Assembly (NCBI GenBank): GCA_028534125.1
Contig: CM052839.1
Span: 41,106,001 to 41,170,000, forward strand
Direction: 5' to 3'
From: Lama glama
Taxonomy: Eukaryota
DNA length: 64,000 nt
Shown: positions 46,010 to 59,338 of the stretch, piece after piece
Position numbering within the stretch: position 1 is the stretch's first letter
Layout: each line of letters opens with the position of its first letter
Program-made: the position numbers and the translations under genes
The notes under the pieces: generated by a model
Database searches by the model: none
Seen by the model: only the letters and a program-made list of their open reading frames with translations
Told to the model about the DNA's origin: nothing

Positions 46010-46525
46010 AAGGAAGGTATACAGATGTTCACCAAAGGCATGGGCCAGCATGTGAGAGCAACATTACTTATGACAGCCAAAATCTTGACGCTAGTCGAAC
46101 GCCCATCAACAATAGAATGGACACATTTGGTCTATTCACACAGTGGAATATTGCATCACAGTCAGAAAAAACAAACTTCAGATAAAAACTGCATTGAAAC
46201 AGTGTAGACGAAGCTCATAAACACATTGGTGACCAAAGGAAATAAGACAGAAGAGTGTGGATTGTATGGTTCATTCATATAAAGTTGCAGAACCAACAAA
46301 ATGAATTTAGGCTGTTTAGAAATCTAGAGGGGAAGGACGTTGTGACACCGTGACTTTGTAGGCAGTGGCTGGAGGAGAACACGAGAGGGCTTCTGGGGGC
46401 TGGTAGTGTCTGCTTCTTGAACTAGGGTAGGGGCTCGTGGCATGGATGTGTTTCATTTGTGCACATTGATTGAACTGTGCACTATCAATGTGTTCATTTC
46501 TGTGTGTATTTTATACTCCAATAAT
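46010..46525 (+). mobile_element. Old L1M 3' fragment
   Basis: CCATCAACAATAGAATGGA..TATTCACACAGTGGAATAT..GAGGGCTTCTGGGGGCTGGTA. Confidence 0.65.
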
Positions 46526-49500
46526 CAGTTTTAATATTTTACTACAGAAATCTTTCCAAGTCACTGCATACATGTTTACTGAATTCTTTAAACAGCTGCC
46601 TGATGCTGAATTGTGGCGCTTCACCACAATTAACTATTCCTGCAGTGATGGCCGTTGAGCCTGTTTCCAGCTTTTCGCTCTTGCACATTGACGGTGCAGC
46701 TTCCAGTTCCGGGTAAGATTTCGTCTTATCCGGAAAGAGTAATCTAAGTGATGGAAATAAGAACTCAGGCTGGATGCATGCTTGGAGCAGCTATCTAAGA
46801 ATTCTGCTGAATAGGTGGCACCTGAAGGATTGGGGAAAGCAACCAGAAGCAGGGCCAATCCAGCTGTGACTTTTCTGGTTCTGTTTCCTCTAGATCTGCC
46901 TGCCTGAGTGTGAACCCTGCAGCCCAGATGCTGAAACTTCACACTCATCAGGGACTGTAAGAGTTCAGGATGATCGGGAAAAGGGAGCCGGAAGGGACAA
47001 TAAAAGGGTGGAGTTTGTTGTTTGTTTTCTTTCCCTCCCACCCAGCCCCAGCAAGCCTCAGGGCAGAAGCTGCAACTCCACTGCAGCAGCTGGAATTTCC
47101 AACACCTAGAGCCCTGAAAGAGGAGAGCCCTCTCTGAGCAGAGGAACCATGGTCTGAAGAAGGGGGGTGGGGGATGTCGTGGCATGTTCTCTGTCTTTAT
47201 TCGCCCTCTGCTTGACCCTGGACGCTGACTCGGCCACAGGAATTACACAGATAATAGAGGTGAGAAAACCGCAGCTTTCCAGCCAAAAGACCAGGAAGTG
47301 GGGTGGAGGGCTCTGAAAGCTGGAAGGGGGGTCGGAGAGATCAAAAAGAGAGAGCAGCTCAAGAAAGGGACCCTACTAGAACTCCCAGCTCGCTGCCACC
47401 CACCCCTCTCCTAAACTCTGTGCCCCAGTGGGACCTTGAAAATACCCAAGACTGAGAACTTTGGGGAAGATCACCAACAGGGTCACAGACTGGCCGCTGG
47501 GGGGCGCGCACGGGCCGGATCCGAAAGCACCTCCCAGGCTGGGAAAGCTAAACTAAGTTGGAACCCCAGTTCTCAGAAGCCAGATCAGCACCTAAAAATT
47601 CCTAATTTCACCAGCTTGACTGCCTGCCATTTAAGAAATGGGATTCACAGTTAAAGACGTTTGGGGGAAAGTGATGGAATTATGTTGCATGTGTGTGATG
47701 GTGGTTTCATGAAATAATGCATGTGTGAAAAATTTACAGAACTGTACATCACAACAAAATGGATCTAACAATACGTAAAATTTGAAAAATAATAAAAGCA
47801 GCAAGAAAAATTCTTCCAACTGTGCACTTTCAATGTATGCAGTCAATTTTATCCCAACTGCACTTCAATCAAATTGTTAAGAATGGAAGGGGGGGGGTCG
47901 ATGTTTCCTGCAGTCCTGTCCCCGGCCCCTTCGCAAGTTCTTGGCTGCAGGCAATAGCGCCAGGGCTCACTGGAACACCCGATCCCAGGAGAAGGCTCAG
48001 CCCTCAGATGTAAACACAAGCAGAAGCTGTTCAGCCTCTTCCTCCCTCACCCTTCCCTCCCTGGAACTGGCCCACCACGCCCTCTCTTGCTCCTGTAGGC
48101 ACAGCCCTTTGTCGCTTCACCTCCAAGCCCCCGACCCCTGCAAGGCCCTCTGAGGGTGAGAAGTGGCAGGAAGAAGACTCGGTTGGCTACATCTTGGGAA
48201 GGCTAGTCTGGTGGAGCCAGGTGGGAAGGGAAGCCCTAACCCACGAACCAAGTGTGACATTTCAGTTTGAGGACTGGTGATGACAAGGGCTATCTTTTTG
48301 AGCCCGTCTAAGCAGCTAACAGGGTAGGTAGTTCCACAAAACAGCATTGACTTTGAAAGTCAAGAACTGAGCCAGAGACGAGGTTGGCTAGAGATGCACA
48401 TGTGACAGTCCTGCGCATGGAGGTGATGCTAGGGAGAGGGGTGGGGGTGCAGGGACCCAAGAGCAAGGAGAGGGATTCAGCAAAGAAGAGAGAAGAGAGG
48501 GAGAGGGAGCTGGGGACAGAGGGAGGGAAGCACCTAGGAGGGGAGATGTGTGGGAACGTCACTTAGGAGGTCATTAGAATAAGTGATTTCGGTGCAGTAA
48601 AGTGGCCAACAGTCCAGAGCCAAGGGAAGTATGCAAAGAGGCAGGAGAGGGAGCATCTGGGACAAAAAGAAGTGAAGGCAAAAAGCACTTCTCCTTCCTT
48701 ATCCCCTCCCCGCGGCGGCCTCTGCTTCACAGAGACTCAGGACCACAGAGGAAGCTGTCCCGAAAGAGGGGCAGCGGGTCTGACTCAGGGAGGGACCGTG
48801 GCCCAGGGCAGGAAGGGTCTGATGTGCACGGTGGTGGGGCTGCCTGGAAGGGGTGTTAAGGCGGGGCTGTTACTCAGCGAGGCTGGGTGTGAGCCTTGAG
48901 CGCTGCGTTCTTCCCAAAGTGCAGATCCAACAAGTCTCCGTTGCTCCCTCCTCCCCGGCCTCTGGAGCCTTTACCTCCCAGCCCTGCTCCACACTTCATG
49001 CTGCTTTGCCAGCAACCTCCTCCTCAGGTCCTCACACAGACCTGCAGTGGGGTCCTGGCCAAACTGGATGCTTTGCTTCCCCCAAGCCCCTGAAGGCACA
49101 GCTCCACCTTAGCTCCCCTAAGTCAGCTACCACGGCACTGCCACAGTTTCACCCCCCGCCCCGGACATACTTCCACCACAAGAAACTGTGACAATCACAC
49201 TCTGTTTGCTGACAAGTCCTCTGCGGGTGACTATTATGGTGATTTTCTGCCGCTCAGTTTTCACTTATGCTGCTGCTGCTCTAAGTATGTCCTCTCTCTC
49301 TCTTCTTCCTCTCCACCCCACTCCCACCCCAGTCGGCTGACATTCTACACCTCCTTTAACATCATTCTCCAGTGTCACCTCCTTCCACTGATCCATCCAA
49401 TATGACATAATGTTTTCCCCTCTGACATCATGAGGCATCTTGCTGGTGACTGTGCTGTGGCTCTTACCAGCCTTGCTTATGCTACATTGACTTGTGAGCT

Positions 49501-50457
49501 TATCTTTTTTATAAAGTGCATCATAATCTCCTCTCTTGCTCACTATTATGTTTCCTACATCACCCTGTGTATCTTATTATTATTATTATTATGAGCCTCT
49601 TTAGATTGAATTTTTCCTTCAGCTGAGTTTGGGGCCAGCCCCAGATCTCCCTGAGATGCCATGAATGTCCCCACCCTTGTGGGAGCCAATCAGCGCTCAG
49701 GCTCGGAGAGAGGCAGCCCTGCATGAGAACTCAATGCTCAGAGGAGCTCCCAGAGGAAAGGATTGGTCTGGATGCAGAAAGTTGAGTGAAAATGGTGACG
49801 CTTGCTTGTGACAGACTGTGCAACTTCTCCTTGCAAACTTCAGGGATAGAGCAATAGACAAGCATTCAAAAACCAACTGAGCCCTTTCCTGGGCTAGGTT
49901 TGCCTGTAGTGGCTGTGGCATCATACCATCCCAATGTGGTAAAAGTTATTTCCTCACCTCTGTGTCCTACACCTGCACCTGCGCCTGGAAACACATCTGC
50001 CTCTTCTGTGAAAAGGGTTAATTGTCAACAGACGGTCAGACTTCTCCTAACATGGATCAAGCTGGACGCTCTGTTAGCTCCATGTACAGGAGACCCTCCA
50101 AGTCAAGGATTTCCAAAAGTATACAGGGGCACCCACTGCCTCCTTTTCCTAGTACTGCTCCAGCTGGCCCCAGAACTTTAAATTGAAGATGCTCAGCCAT
50201 GGCTGAACCAGGCAGAGATGCATTGGTCATAGGGACAAAAAGAGAAGGGGGATTGAAGCCCAGTGAGACCCAAGAGGAGTTGGAAGGGAGGAAGAAGCCC
50301 AAGGGTGCAAGACAGAGGGAAGCTTCGTGATCACACTCTGTCAGGGCCAAACTCCCCTGTGACGGTCCCTGAGGAGGGGGTGGGGGTCCTATGAGCCCAG
50401 GACTGAAGCTGTGAGTGCTGTGTCCTCGGGGAACCTCCTGTCTGCAAGAAGGAGGTG

Positions 50458-50463
50458 TTTATT
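50458..50463 (-). terminator. Candidate CD300E poly(A) signal AATAAA
   Basis: TTTATT on plus, about 195 nt past the stop. Confidence 0.45.
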
Positions 50464-50658
50464 TCCCTGGGGACACTGAGCTGAGAAGCCTTTGTGCCAA
50501 GGAGAGGAGAAAAAGGCCAGGCTTCTGAGCATGCAACTTCCAGAAAATTCTTGCCTTTGGGAGGTGGGCATGAGGGCGAGGAACCAGGGGGTCTGTGGAG
50601 GAGAAAAGAGGATCGCAAACAGGGGCAGAGGAGACCCAGCCCTCCTCCGCCTAAGGAC

Positions 50659-50986
50659 TCAGAGCAAGTGTCTTCTAAGATCCAGGACTCTCCCTTGACC
50701 ACTTCCCCCAGAAGACCTGAGTCCCTCCAGACCACACTCTGCTGCCTCCCCGTCCTGGAGTCCAGAGTCCAAAGGTCTCCCTTGTCCAGTCTGAAGGGCT
50801 ATATTCCTGGACAGGGCTTTCCTGGGGACGGTGCACTGCACAGGATTCCCCTGCTCAGGCTGACTGCCTCTCCCTGCAGGGCCCCTGTGAGGTCTGTTCA
50901 CCCAGAGGGCAGCACCGACCGTGCTCAGGAACAGGGGCAGCTTCAGGAAGACCAGGAGCAGGAAGTGGACGCTGCTGAGGAGGGAC
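50659..50986 (-). CDS. CD300E: CD300E exon 4, TM with Lys and extended tail
   Basis: CCCTGCAG acceptor; [40 protein letters not shown]...RRHLL*. Confidence 0.82.
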
Positions 50987-53900
50987 CTGCAGGGGTCACA
51001 GTGACAAAAAATGAGCTGCCTCCTCTGGAGAAGGACCCTGGACCCTTCTCTCTCCACCTCTCCCTGTGCCCTGACTCTAAAGCCTGGATAACTCAGAATC
51101 AAACCCGGAAGAGACCCACGCTGGGCAGACCCTCCCCGGGGCCCCTGGCAGCGCTCCTCTTTTGGTCGGGAAATGCCCTCCGGACCCTCCTTAGGGAGAT
51201 GTGATGGAGCAAAGAGGGAAGAGAGACCCAGGTGGTGGCTGCTTTCCAGAAGTCTGCTCTCAAGCTTACCCTCTCTGTCCCTCCCCCCCCCCCACAACTT
51301 TCCTTTATCAGCTAACGTCTTAACCAACCCTCACCCCTGCGTAAGGCCCTTGTCCCTCAGCTCCCTTCCCTTCAGGGTCTGGCAGCAGCATCACAGCCTT
51401 TTCTGAGCGCCTTTGGGAGGAGGAGAACAGACCCAAACTTCAACTTAGAGCCAACCCATCTCCCCACAGACCCCACAAAGCACCTCCTGGTAGCAGGGTC
51501 TTTGTTACAGCAAAGACCTCTGGAAGTGGGCCCAGCCTAGGGACCAGAGAACCAGGACCCCAAGTCCAGAACTGGTTGAGGCAGGAGAAGGAGGTGGGAG
51601 CGGGAGGAGGGGCTGCTCGTCCACCTGAAACCAGCCTCCGTCTGTGTCCCAGCAGCTGCACCACAGGGGACAACGTTCATAGAAGAGGTGACATTTTCCA
51701 CTCAGAATCCCAACGCAGCTTTGGAGAATATAAAAATTAGGACCGGATTTGGAGGAAAAACCAGCAGAAAGTGAGATTAAAAGGTCCTGGTGTGCTGCCA
51801 ACCCGTACCCCAGGGTGCCCTAAGGCTGCTGACCCCCCTCCTCCGTGGTCTCCAGGCCTTGAGCCATGACCTTGTGCAGCGCGTTGACACCTCCTTGGTG
51901 CTGAGGGTCTGCCCAGCATTCACGGTGGGGAAGGGAGCAGGTGCAGCTGGACATGTGGTCCGCCCTGTGGTTGTACTTGGTGCTATAGATAAAATCACAC
52001 GTCAGGCACTGCTCTCTCCCCAGCCATGTACTAACAACTATTTGGATCTCATGTCGCAAGGAATCATCCACTCACAGAAAGGACTTGGGAGTTGCCCTGT
52101 GGCTAGACCACCTCCTGAGCACATGAGACTTTTCCAGACCTGGCCATAAGTGCCACCTTTCTCCATCTCAGGTCTGACTCTGCCTGGGGTGAGAGCAGGG
52201 GTCTCTCAGGGGCTTCCCCAGCCTGGTGAAGAGCCCCAGAGGAAGGAAGGGCAGGAATGAGTCTGAAGAAGGCAGCTCATCCTGTGGCCCAGAAGCCTCA
52301 CAGAGACAGTGGGACGGGGCTCACAGGCCCAGGTCTGTCCCGGTTCTGCTGATGGATTTTAGGTAGGGTGACCAACTTGCCCTAGTTTGCCTGGGACTTT
52401 TGCAGTTTTATCACTGAAAGCCCCGCATCCAAAGAAACCTCTCAGTCCCGGACACACACTGAGGGTAATTTTAGGATGGATCCAGTGGTAAGAGTTTCAA
52501 AAGGCAGATAGGAAAATGGTGCGTGAGAGTTGACGGTACTGGTAAGAGAAATATATAGAGTCTACCGTGAAGGCTGGAGCTGGCTTAGGAGGGAAGTGAG
52601 GTCAGGGCAGGGAAGGGGGGAGCAAGACACTGGGAGAAAATGGAGAAGGGGGTCAAAGGACAAGAGGTGTGTGTGAGCTTGAGAATGGGGATAGTAGGGT
52701 GAAGGAACTGGAGGGCTGATGCATGGAACATTGTGAGAAAGCAAAATGTTTGAGGTTGGGTTCTGGACATGGACCCGTTTAGGGTGACAACAAGATGTGC
52801 GTTGTTGCCATGGAGTTGGATTCTGAAAGAGTGGAAATGCAGGACACTGAAGTTGAGAGTCACAAAATCTGAGACAAGGATGTTTAACAAGTTATTCACA
52901 AAAACCTCCCAAGATGATGCCAGGGACTAGGGTGGAGAAATCGCTAGGTTCCCGCTGAATGTTGAGGAATAATCTGGAAGCCAAAGGATGGCCATGTTAG
53001 GGAGAGGAAGAGGGTGGGTGTGGCCACATGACACAAATTTTAAAGGATGCAGGTGGGAAAGTGTTAGGTTGGAAGTTGTGATGGGAGGTTGGGAGAATGG
53101 GGCCACGACTTCATGGCCATATAGTATATGGGGAATAGGAGAGAGAGTGGCTTCCACTCCGAAAGCCTGCCTCCTGACACAGGAGTGAGATCAACTTCAG
53201 GACAGAGTGGTAGAGGCAATGTCCTGTGAGCAAGCCGAAGATGTATGTATGCAGACTACAGCTGCTGAAGGGCAGAGTGGAAACAGCCTTGGCTCAGGTT
53301 GGAGGGGCCTCCCAGGTAATGCAGTGAGGCCCAGACTCTGTGAGAATTAGGGCACCTTGAGCTATGCCTGCAACACATGCCAAGGCTGAAGGATCAGCCC
53401 CCTTTCTCCCTGCCCATATTATAGACTCTTCCCAACGCTACTGAGACAGAGGACAAGACCCAGAGACACTCTTCAGTAGAGCACCCATCTTTGTCCCCAG
53501 GTCCAGTGATATCCCATAAGTTCTGCTGCTGGACCAAGGGGAGCTCTCACCTGGGAAAACAGACACCTTAACCTGGACTGAGGGGTCATATGACAACACG
53601 TCCAGGATCCAGGCTCTCTGAATTCTACACCAGTAGGATCCAGCGTCATTAGCATTGAGGTTCTCCATGGTCACTGTGAAGGTGAGGTCATCAGCATAGT
53701 CTCTGATGGACACGTGGCCATTCCTTTCTTCTTTCTCTTCTCCTTTGGTCTCCACAATGACGTCACGTGATGTGTCATACTTTCCTCTGCACCAGTATTT
53801 GTTATACCCCTTGTACGCCTTCTCGTACTGACACCACACTCTCAGAGAGCCTCCCATGGTTCCCATCACAGAGCTGGGGCCCGTCAGGGACAAGCAGCCT

Positions 53901-56900
53901 GGAAAACACAAGCCACATCCCAGGACTCCATCCCAAAGGTCCTCAGCAGCAGCTACCTGCTTAAAGCCCAAGGGGAAAGTTACCATGGAAGTGTGGACTG
54001 TTCTAGGCTGGGGGATGGGGACCTGGAGGGACACCTGAGCTTAAGATCTAAACCAGAGGGTCTGGAAACTGTGGTCAGCAGAACCAGTACAGACCTGAGC
54101 CCTGTGAGCCCAGAAATGCTGAGTAACTGCGCAGGGGCCCTGCCCCTTGGGGAGGGGGAGAGTAGGACCAAAGCTGGAGGTGGGAGCAGGGATTGCCGGC
54201 TGTCCTGCCCTGTCCTGCCCTGTCCTGCCCTGTCCTTAGCCCTGCAGCCCCTGCCAGGCATGAGATTTGGAGTGAGGCCTCTGCATCCCAGTTTTTTGGG
54301 GGTTTTTTCCTTTTTTTATAACTCAAACTTATTCTTTAAAAGTGTAATTTCTTGTTTATTCTGTTCTCCATATGTTCCCAAGGGAGGAAAAGCAAATCTC
54401 TGGGTCTCATCACAGACCTTCAGATTTAGAAGGTGGCTTTTAATACCTTAGCCCAATTTTCTGTCCAACCCATAAATATGTCAGAAGCAAATATTCATGC
54501 AGGGTGTTGACAAATGATACCAAGTTACTGGTGTTTGAAAGAGGAAACGGGATCGGATTGAGAAGAAAGCTGTTATTGGTAGCTTTCTAGTTCTTGAGTT
54601 GGCCAATGAGTTCACAGATGCTTGTTAAACTACACATTATTATATTATATAAAAGAGGGCTCTGCATGGACCAATGATGGCAAGGTATTGAGCCATGACC
54701 AATCCGATTTTGGGCACCAGAAGTGAAGAGAAAAGAAGATTCTGTTCATTCCAGAAGAGTACTCTCCTCTGTCCTGCTAGAATGCTGTCTGAACGCAAGA
54801 TTCGCAGGCTTTATGTAGGATTATATAGATGCATACATGTATCTTTTGATTAAAGTGTTTTGCTGGTGGCTTGCAGTCCGTGGGAGCTAGTGCAGGAGAG
54901 CGATCAGTTCACAATGGAAGCAGTAGATGGGGTAGCAGAGCGGTCTGCAGAAAGCACCTGGAACAGTTTTGTTAATACTACCAGCACGGAGGTTCTGGAT
55001 ACCTCCACGGCCAGAGCGAAGAGCCCTGGGAGGAGCCAGACCTGAATTTCATTTTCAATCCTTTTACTTAGTTGATATGTCATAGGCTAAGCCCTTTACC
55101 ATCTTATCTGTAAAATGGGGATAATGCTAACTGCCCTGCCTGGGTCCTAAAGTTGCTCAGAGGGTTGAATTGTGTCATAGGTTTGAAAGTGTTTGTAGGT
55201 TGTAAAACGCATAATAAACAAGAGTTCTATCCTTGCTTACTTAATATGGGAATTCACTTCCTCCAGTTTCATCCTTTCTCTCCTTGTTCTGGAATTGCCC
55301 TCAACACCTTTCTTTATATCCCTTCCTCATTCCCCATTCTCAGGCTAGCAGTACAACCTTCCTGGGTGTCCTCCATAAATTTAAAGTAATCACATTTTTT
55401 CCAAACAGTGTTTATGACCCCAGATGGGTGCAGGGGGTGGAGGAGAATGCTGGGAAAGATAGGAGGGAGCTGGATCAGGAGCTGAGATGAAAAAGATGAA
55501 CTGGAATTTTAATCTTTACAAATGACTTCAGTGTTTTAATCTGAACCCATGAGGAACGTCAGCTGCAAACGTACCCTAGATGGAAAAATAAACTGGTAGG
55601 GCTGGTGACATCAGCCAGTTCCACATAAAGAGGTGGAAAGAGGTTTCCATCTTCAGTTTAACTGCACCCAGACTGGAGCATTTAAGTCATTTCATCAGAT
55701 TTAAGGAAGAAGATTTTAAAAAGCAACAACACGCTAGGAGGAGGCTATAGCTTAGTGGTAGAGTGCGTGCTTAGCATGCACGAGGTCCTGGGTTCAATCA
55801 CCAGTACCTCCACTGACAGACAAATAAATAAACCTAATTACTTCCCCCCTGCCAAAAAAATAGCAATGACACGCTAGTAAACCAGCTCTCTGGGGAAGGG
55901 TGGGGAAGAAGCCCTGATTTGCCAGTTTCCAAGGTGTAAACATTCTCGCCATGACTGATTTCAAGCTAATAACATGCTGTCACTGAACGTGGTGTTGGGA
56001 AAACACACTCACCTCTCGTGAGCCAGTGCAAGCTGCCTCCAGCCACCACTGCTTGGGTGCCCACTTTATTAATCATTTGCAAAATATCCGTGGTCATTGT
56101 CATCATCATTTAAGACATTTTGGACACCTCTCATGTGTAACGAGATGCATCACTTGATGTGTCCTTCTGAGCGTAAGATCTCGATGAGCCTTAGGAGACC
56201 TTGACGATCATCTAATCCACTCTCATTTTCCTGATAAGAAATCTAAGTTTTGGTCAGTGTCACTCAGCTGGTCTTCTCTTAAATCTCTGCCTTTTCCATC
56301 CAATTTTCTGGAAAAGTCTGTAATGTTGGGCAAGTTCTGTTTCATGAGGGAACCCAACATAAAAATTATTCTACAAATGTTATTAAACCCTCTGATTTTT
56401 TATTATAAATTTACTTCCCACAGAAAAATGTGCTCTCATGCACTTTGAATGCCTTTTTAAAGATTTTCTCTTCTGAAAGTCCAACCTTTGAGAGACGATT
56501 TTATTAGCTTATTCCAGGAGGCATTTAAGGTGGAAGCTTAGGTTGGCATCCCAGACCCTTTATTAATTCCTTCTAATAAACCTTTCCTACCCTTTTAAGC
56601 TAAGCTCTGACAAAATGGAACTTTTGCGAATTCCTGTGCTTTCCATGGTCTCTGCTCTCTCCACACGTTTGCATAAGCTACTCCCATTTTTCACTCAGCC
56701 AACTCATTCATCCTTCAAGCCTAACGTCCAGTGATGACTCAGTAAAGACCCACATCCTTCTAAGAGTAGAGTTAGGGGCCCCTGTTGTGCATTCTCTTCA
56801 GACGTGAATGAATCTCTTCTCTCCAAGTTCCGTGCTGTCGCGTAGTAACCTGACTCCCTCATTCAACCATGAATCTCTGAGTGCAGAAGCTGCTCTTAAT

Positions 56901-57170
56901 AACAGCATGCAAAACAGTCCTGGCACACAGTTGGTGCTCAAAAAGGGTATGCAGGATCTGTGGGTGAATGTTTGACTCTATAGAAGGATATACAGATAGA
57001 TAAATGGATGTATCTTTCCCATTTCTGCTGACACTTTGCCCAGAGGCAAAGTGAACTCAGGACAGACCTCCCACCCACTGTCTGCCCTCTGCAACACCAG
57101 GTTCCCAAAGTATCCCCCAGCCCCACTCACCTGGAAGGCAGAGAAGGAGCAGAGCTGGGGACAACCACAT
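50659..57170 (-). CDS. CD300E: CD300E activating receptor (CMRF35-like molecule 2), 275 aa; complement(join(50659..50986,51871..51982,53551..53898,57131..57170))
   Basis: IgV VWCQYE..YKGYNKYWCRG.YDTS..IVETKGEEK.ERNG and DAGSYWC.IQ..W.LD match human CD300E; stalk VN.G..LST.EV; TM LKLPL; phases 1,1,2. Confidence 0.9.
51871..51982 (-). CDS. CD300E: CD300E exon 3, stalk APSTTTGRTTCPAAPAPFPTVNAGQTLSTKEVSTRCTR
   Basis: TTTTATCTATAG acceptor; weak donor AAG|GTCATG; 112 nt, phase 1 to 2. Confidence 0.78.
52365..52455. mobile_element. MER81-like hAT MITE
   Basis: TAGGGTGACCAAC..GTTTGCCTGGGACT terminus. Confidence 0.6.
53551..53898 (-). CDS. CD300E: CD300E exon 2, IgV domain
   Basis: 348 nt, TTTTCCAG acceptor and G|GTGAG donor. 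Confidence 0.95.
55737..55860 (+). mobile_element. vic-1-like SINE next to a MER63-like element
   Basis: tRNA-like head; flanking near-TSD AGCAACAACACGCTAG / AGCAATGACACGCTAG. Confidence 0.88.
57131..57170 (-). CDS. CD300E: CD300E exon 1, signal peptide MWLSPALLLLCLP(G)
   Basis: GACCATG context, CAG|GTGAGT donor, 40 nt, phase 1. Confidence 0.88.
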
Positions 57171-58185
57171 GGTCCTATCTCCCTGGCTGGTATCCCCAGA
57201 AAATCCAGGTCCCGGCTGGAATCCAGGTGTTTACAACACAGCCTGCGTCAGCCACCTTCTACTTGTTCAACATTCCTTTGCATTTCTCTCTTATCCACTT
57301 CCTTTTTAATCTCTTAGCTACTTCCTAATTTGAAGCCTTAGAAAAAAGGGGAAGGATGGCAAAAGACACTTCAGAGAAAAGACTAATCAGCAAGGGAAAT
57401 CTGCTGGTTTTTTGGTTCATTTAGTGACAATATAAGGTTTGGGTCACACCCTGAGCTTTCATGAAAGTCAATCCCAAAATACAAAAAAACTCCAACAAAG
57501 GAGACCCTTTGTCCCTTGCCTCTCTCCCTCTTCCTGTCTTGGGCTGCTTTCTTAGTCTAATCAACCACCTCTGGCTGCCTACTTTTGGATCATAAAACAC
57601 CTCCACTTAAAGATCTGGGGCTAGGACTCCCCAAATCTCTCTCAACCATGACTTCCATGTAGATGACCTCATTCCTCTTCCTTTAGCCTAATATCCCTTC
57701 TGGGCTCCAGACTCAACTTTCTAGCTTCCTGTGGAGAAGCTTCTCCTAGTTATATGTACACTATTAACCTAATTCAGACACAAGCCCCATCGCCTCATTT
57801 ACTAACCATGTACCCTTGGGCATGTTGTTAAATCACTCACACCCTCAGTTTCTACATCTGTAGAGTGAAAGTACTCATTCCTATCCTATGGGAAATAAAT
57901 GAGTGAATGAAAGCAAAGCACTTGGCACAGTGCCTGGAACAGTAAATTGTTCAGTAAATGTCGAATATTTTTAGGATAGTCTTGGACCAATGTAACAGCT
58001 TCTCCCCTGGTTTCTCAGCCCTCTGCACCTTCCCTCCAATGTAACTGACACATCAGAAGCATATTTTTCTCTAAGACACAGGTATCTGAAAATATAATTC
58101 CACTGACAACCCCATCTGTTTCTTCTACTTTTTCTTCTCTTTCCCCAGAGGTTGATCTCCATAACGTCTACATTCACTATCTTTT

Positions 58186-58637
58186 GTTTTTTGAGGTATC
58201 AAGTTCTATTTTTATTGGATATGCATTGTGTTTGTTTAATTTTATTTTATTGAGTTACAATCTGTTTACAATGTTGTGTCAATTTCCAGTGTAGAGTTCA
58301 ATTTTTCAATCAAACATGAACATGCATATATTCCTTGTCACATTCTTTTTCACTGTGAGCTACCACAAGATCTTGTGTAAATTTCCCTGTGCTATGCAGT
58401 ATAAATGTGTTTGTCTATTCTATATGTACCTGTCAGTATCTACAAATTTCGTACTCCCAGTCTGGGGGTCCCACGCCCCTCCCCACTGGCAACCACAAGC
58501 TTGTATTCTATGTCTATGAGTCTGTTTCTGTTTTATATTTAAGGTCATTTGTCCTCTTTTTTTTTTTAAATTCCACATGTGAGCAATATCATATGGTATT
58601 TTCTTTCTCTTTCTGGCTTACTTCATTTAGAATAGCC
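58186..58637 (-). mobile_element. 5'-truncated L1
   Basis: 13-bp TSD TTCACTATCTTTT (58173-58185 / 58638-58650); L1 3'UTR motifs. Confidence 0.82.
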
Positions 58638-59338
58638 TTCACTATCTTTTAGAACTCCCTACTGGATGATTTGTCATTCCAATCTTTTGCTGTAAGTTAA
58701 TATCTTCCCTCTTCGACTATGTCTAATGAAATATGACTTACAGGTTGAGCCTTGGATAGAACAATCAAGCCACACAGGTCCTGTGCCCATGTAGTTACTA
58801 CCCACTCCCCTGGGGGACCCAGAGTGAGCTGAGCTGACAGTAGGTGCATTACTGTGTTCCCCCATGTCATTTTTTCAGCATGGACAACAGCTGAAGGATT
58901 TGTTTGATCTTGCAGAGAGGATCAAACAAATCTCCAGTCCCTTCACAGTTCTGCTTTTATGTTGTTTTCTTCTGCTTCCCTTTTTTCCCCAATATGATCC
59001 GGGAATCGTTTAAAAAATAAAGGAAACGGGAGTAAGTAAAATCTGGTGCTGATGGTTGAAAAATATAAAATATGACTAATGTGGGCACATTTCATTACAA
59101 TTCAATAAGAAAGTACAGATTGCTGGCAATATGATAGATGAGTCAATACAGAGACTTCCTTCTAGACCCAAACAGAAATTCTGTATAAAACGCAGCCGCC
59201 AAAGTTGTAATACATAACTGAAGTCAAAATCAAGCAAAGGAAATCCCCGGGTGCCAGACACATTGAGAACTGAAATTCAGGACTGTGAGCAAGATCTGAT
59301 ACCTTACAACTAATGGGAACTATTAGAAATGGATGTGG

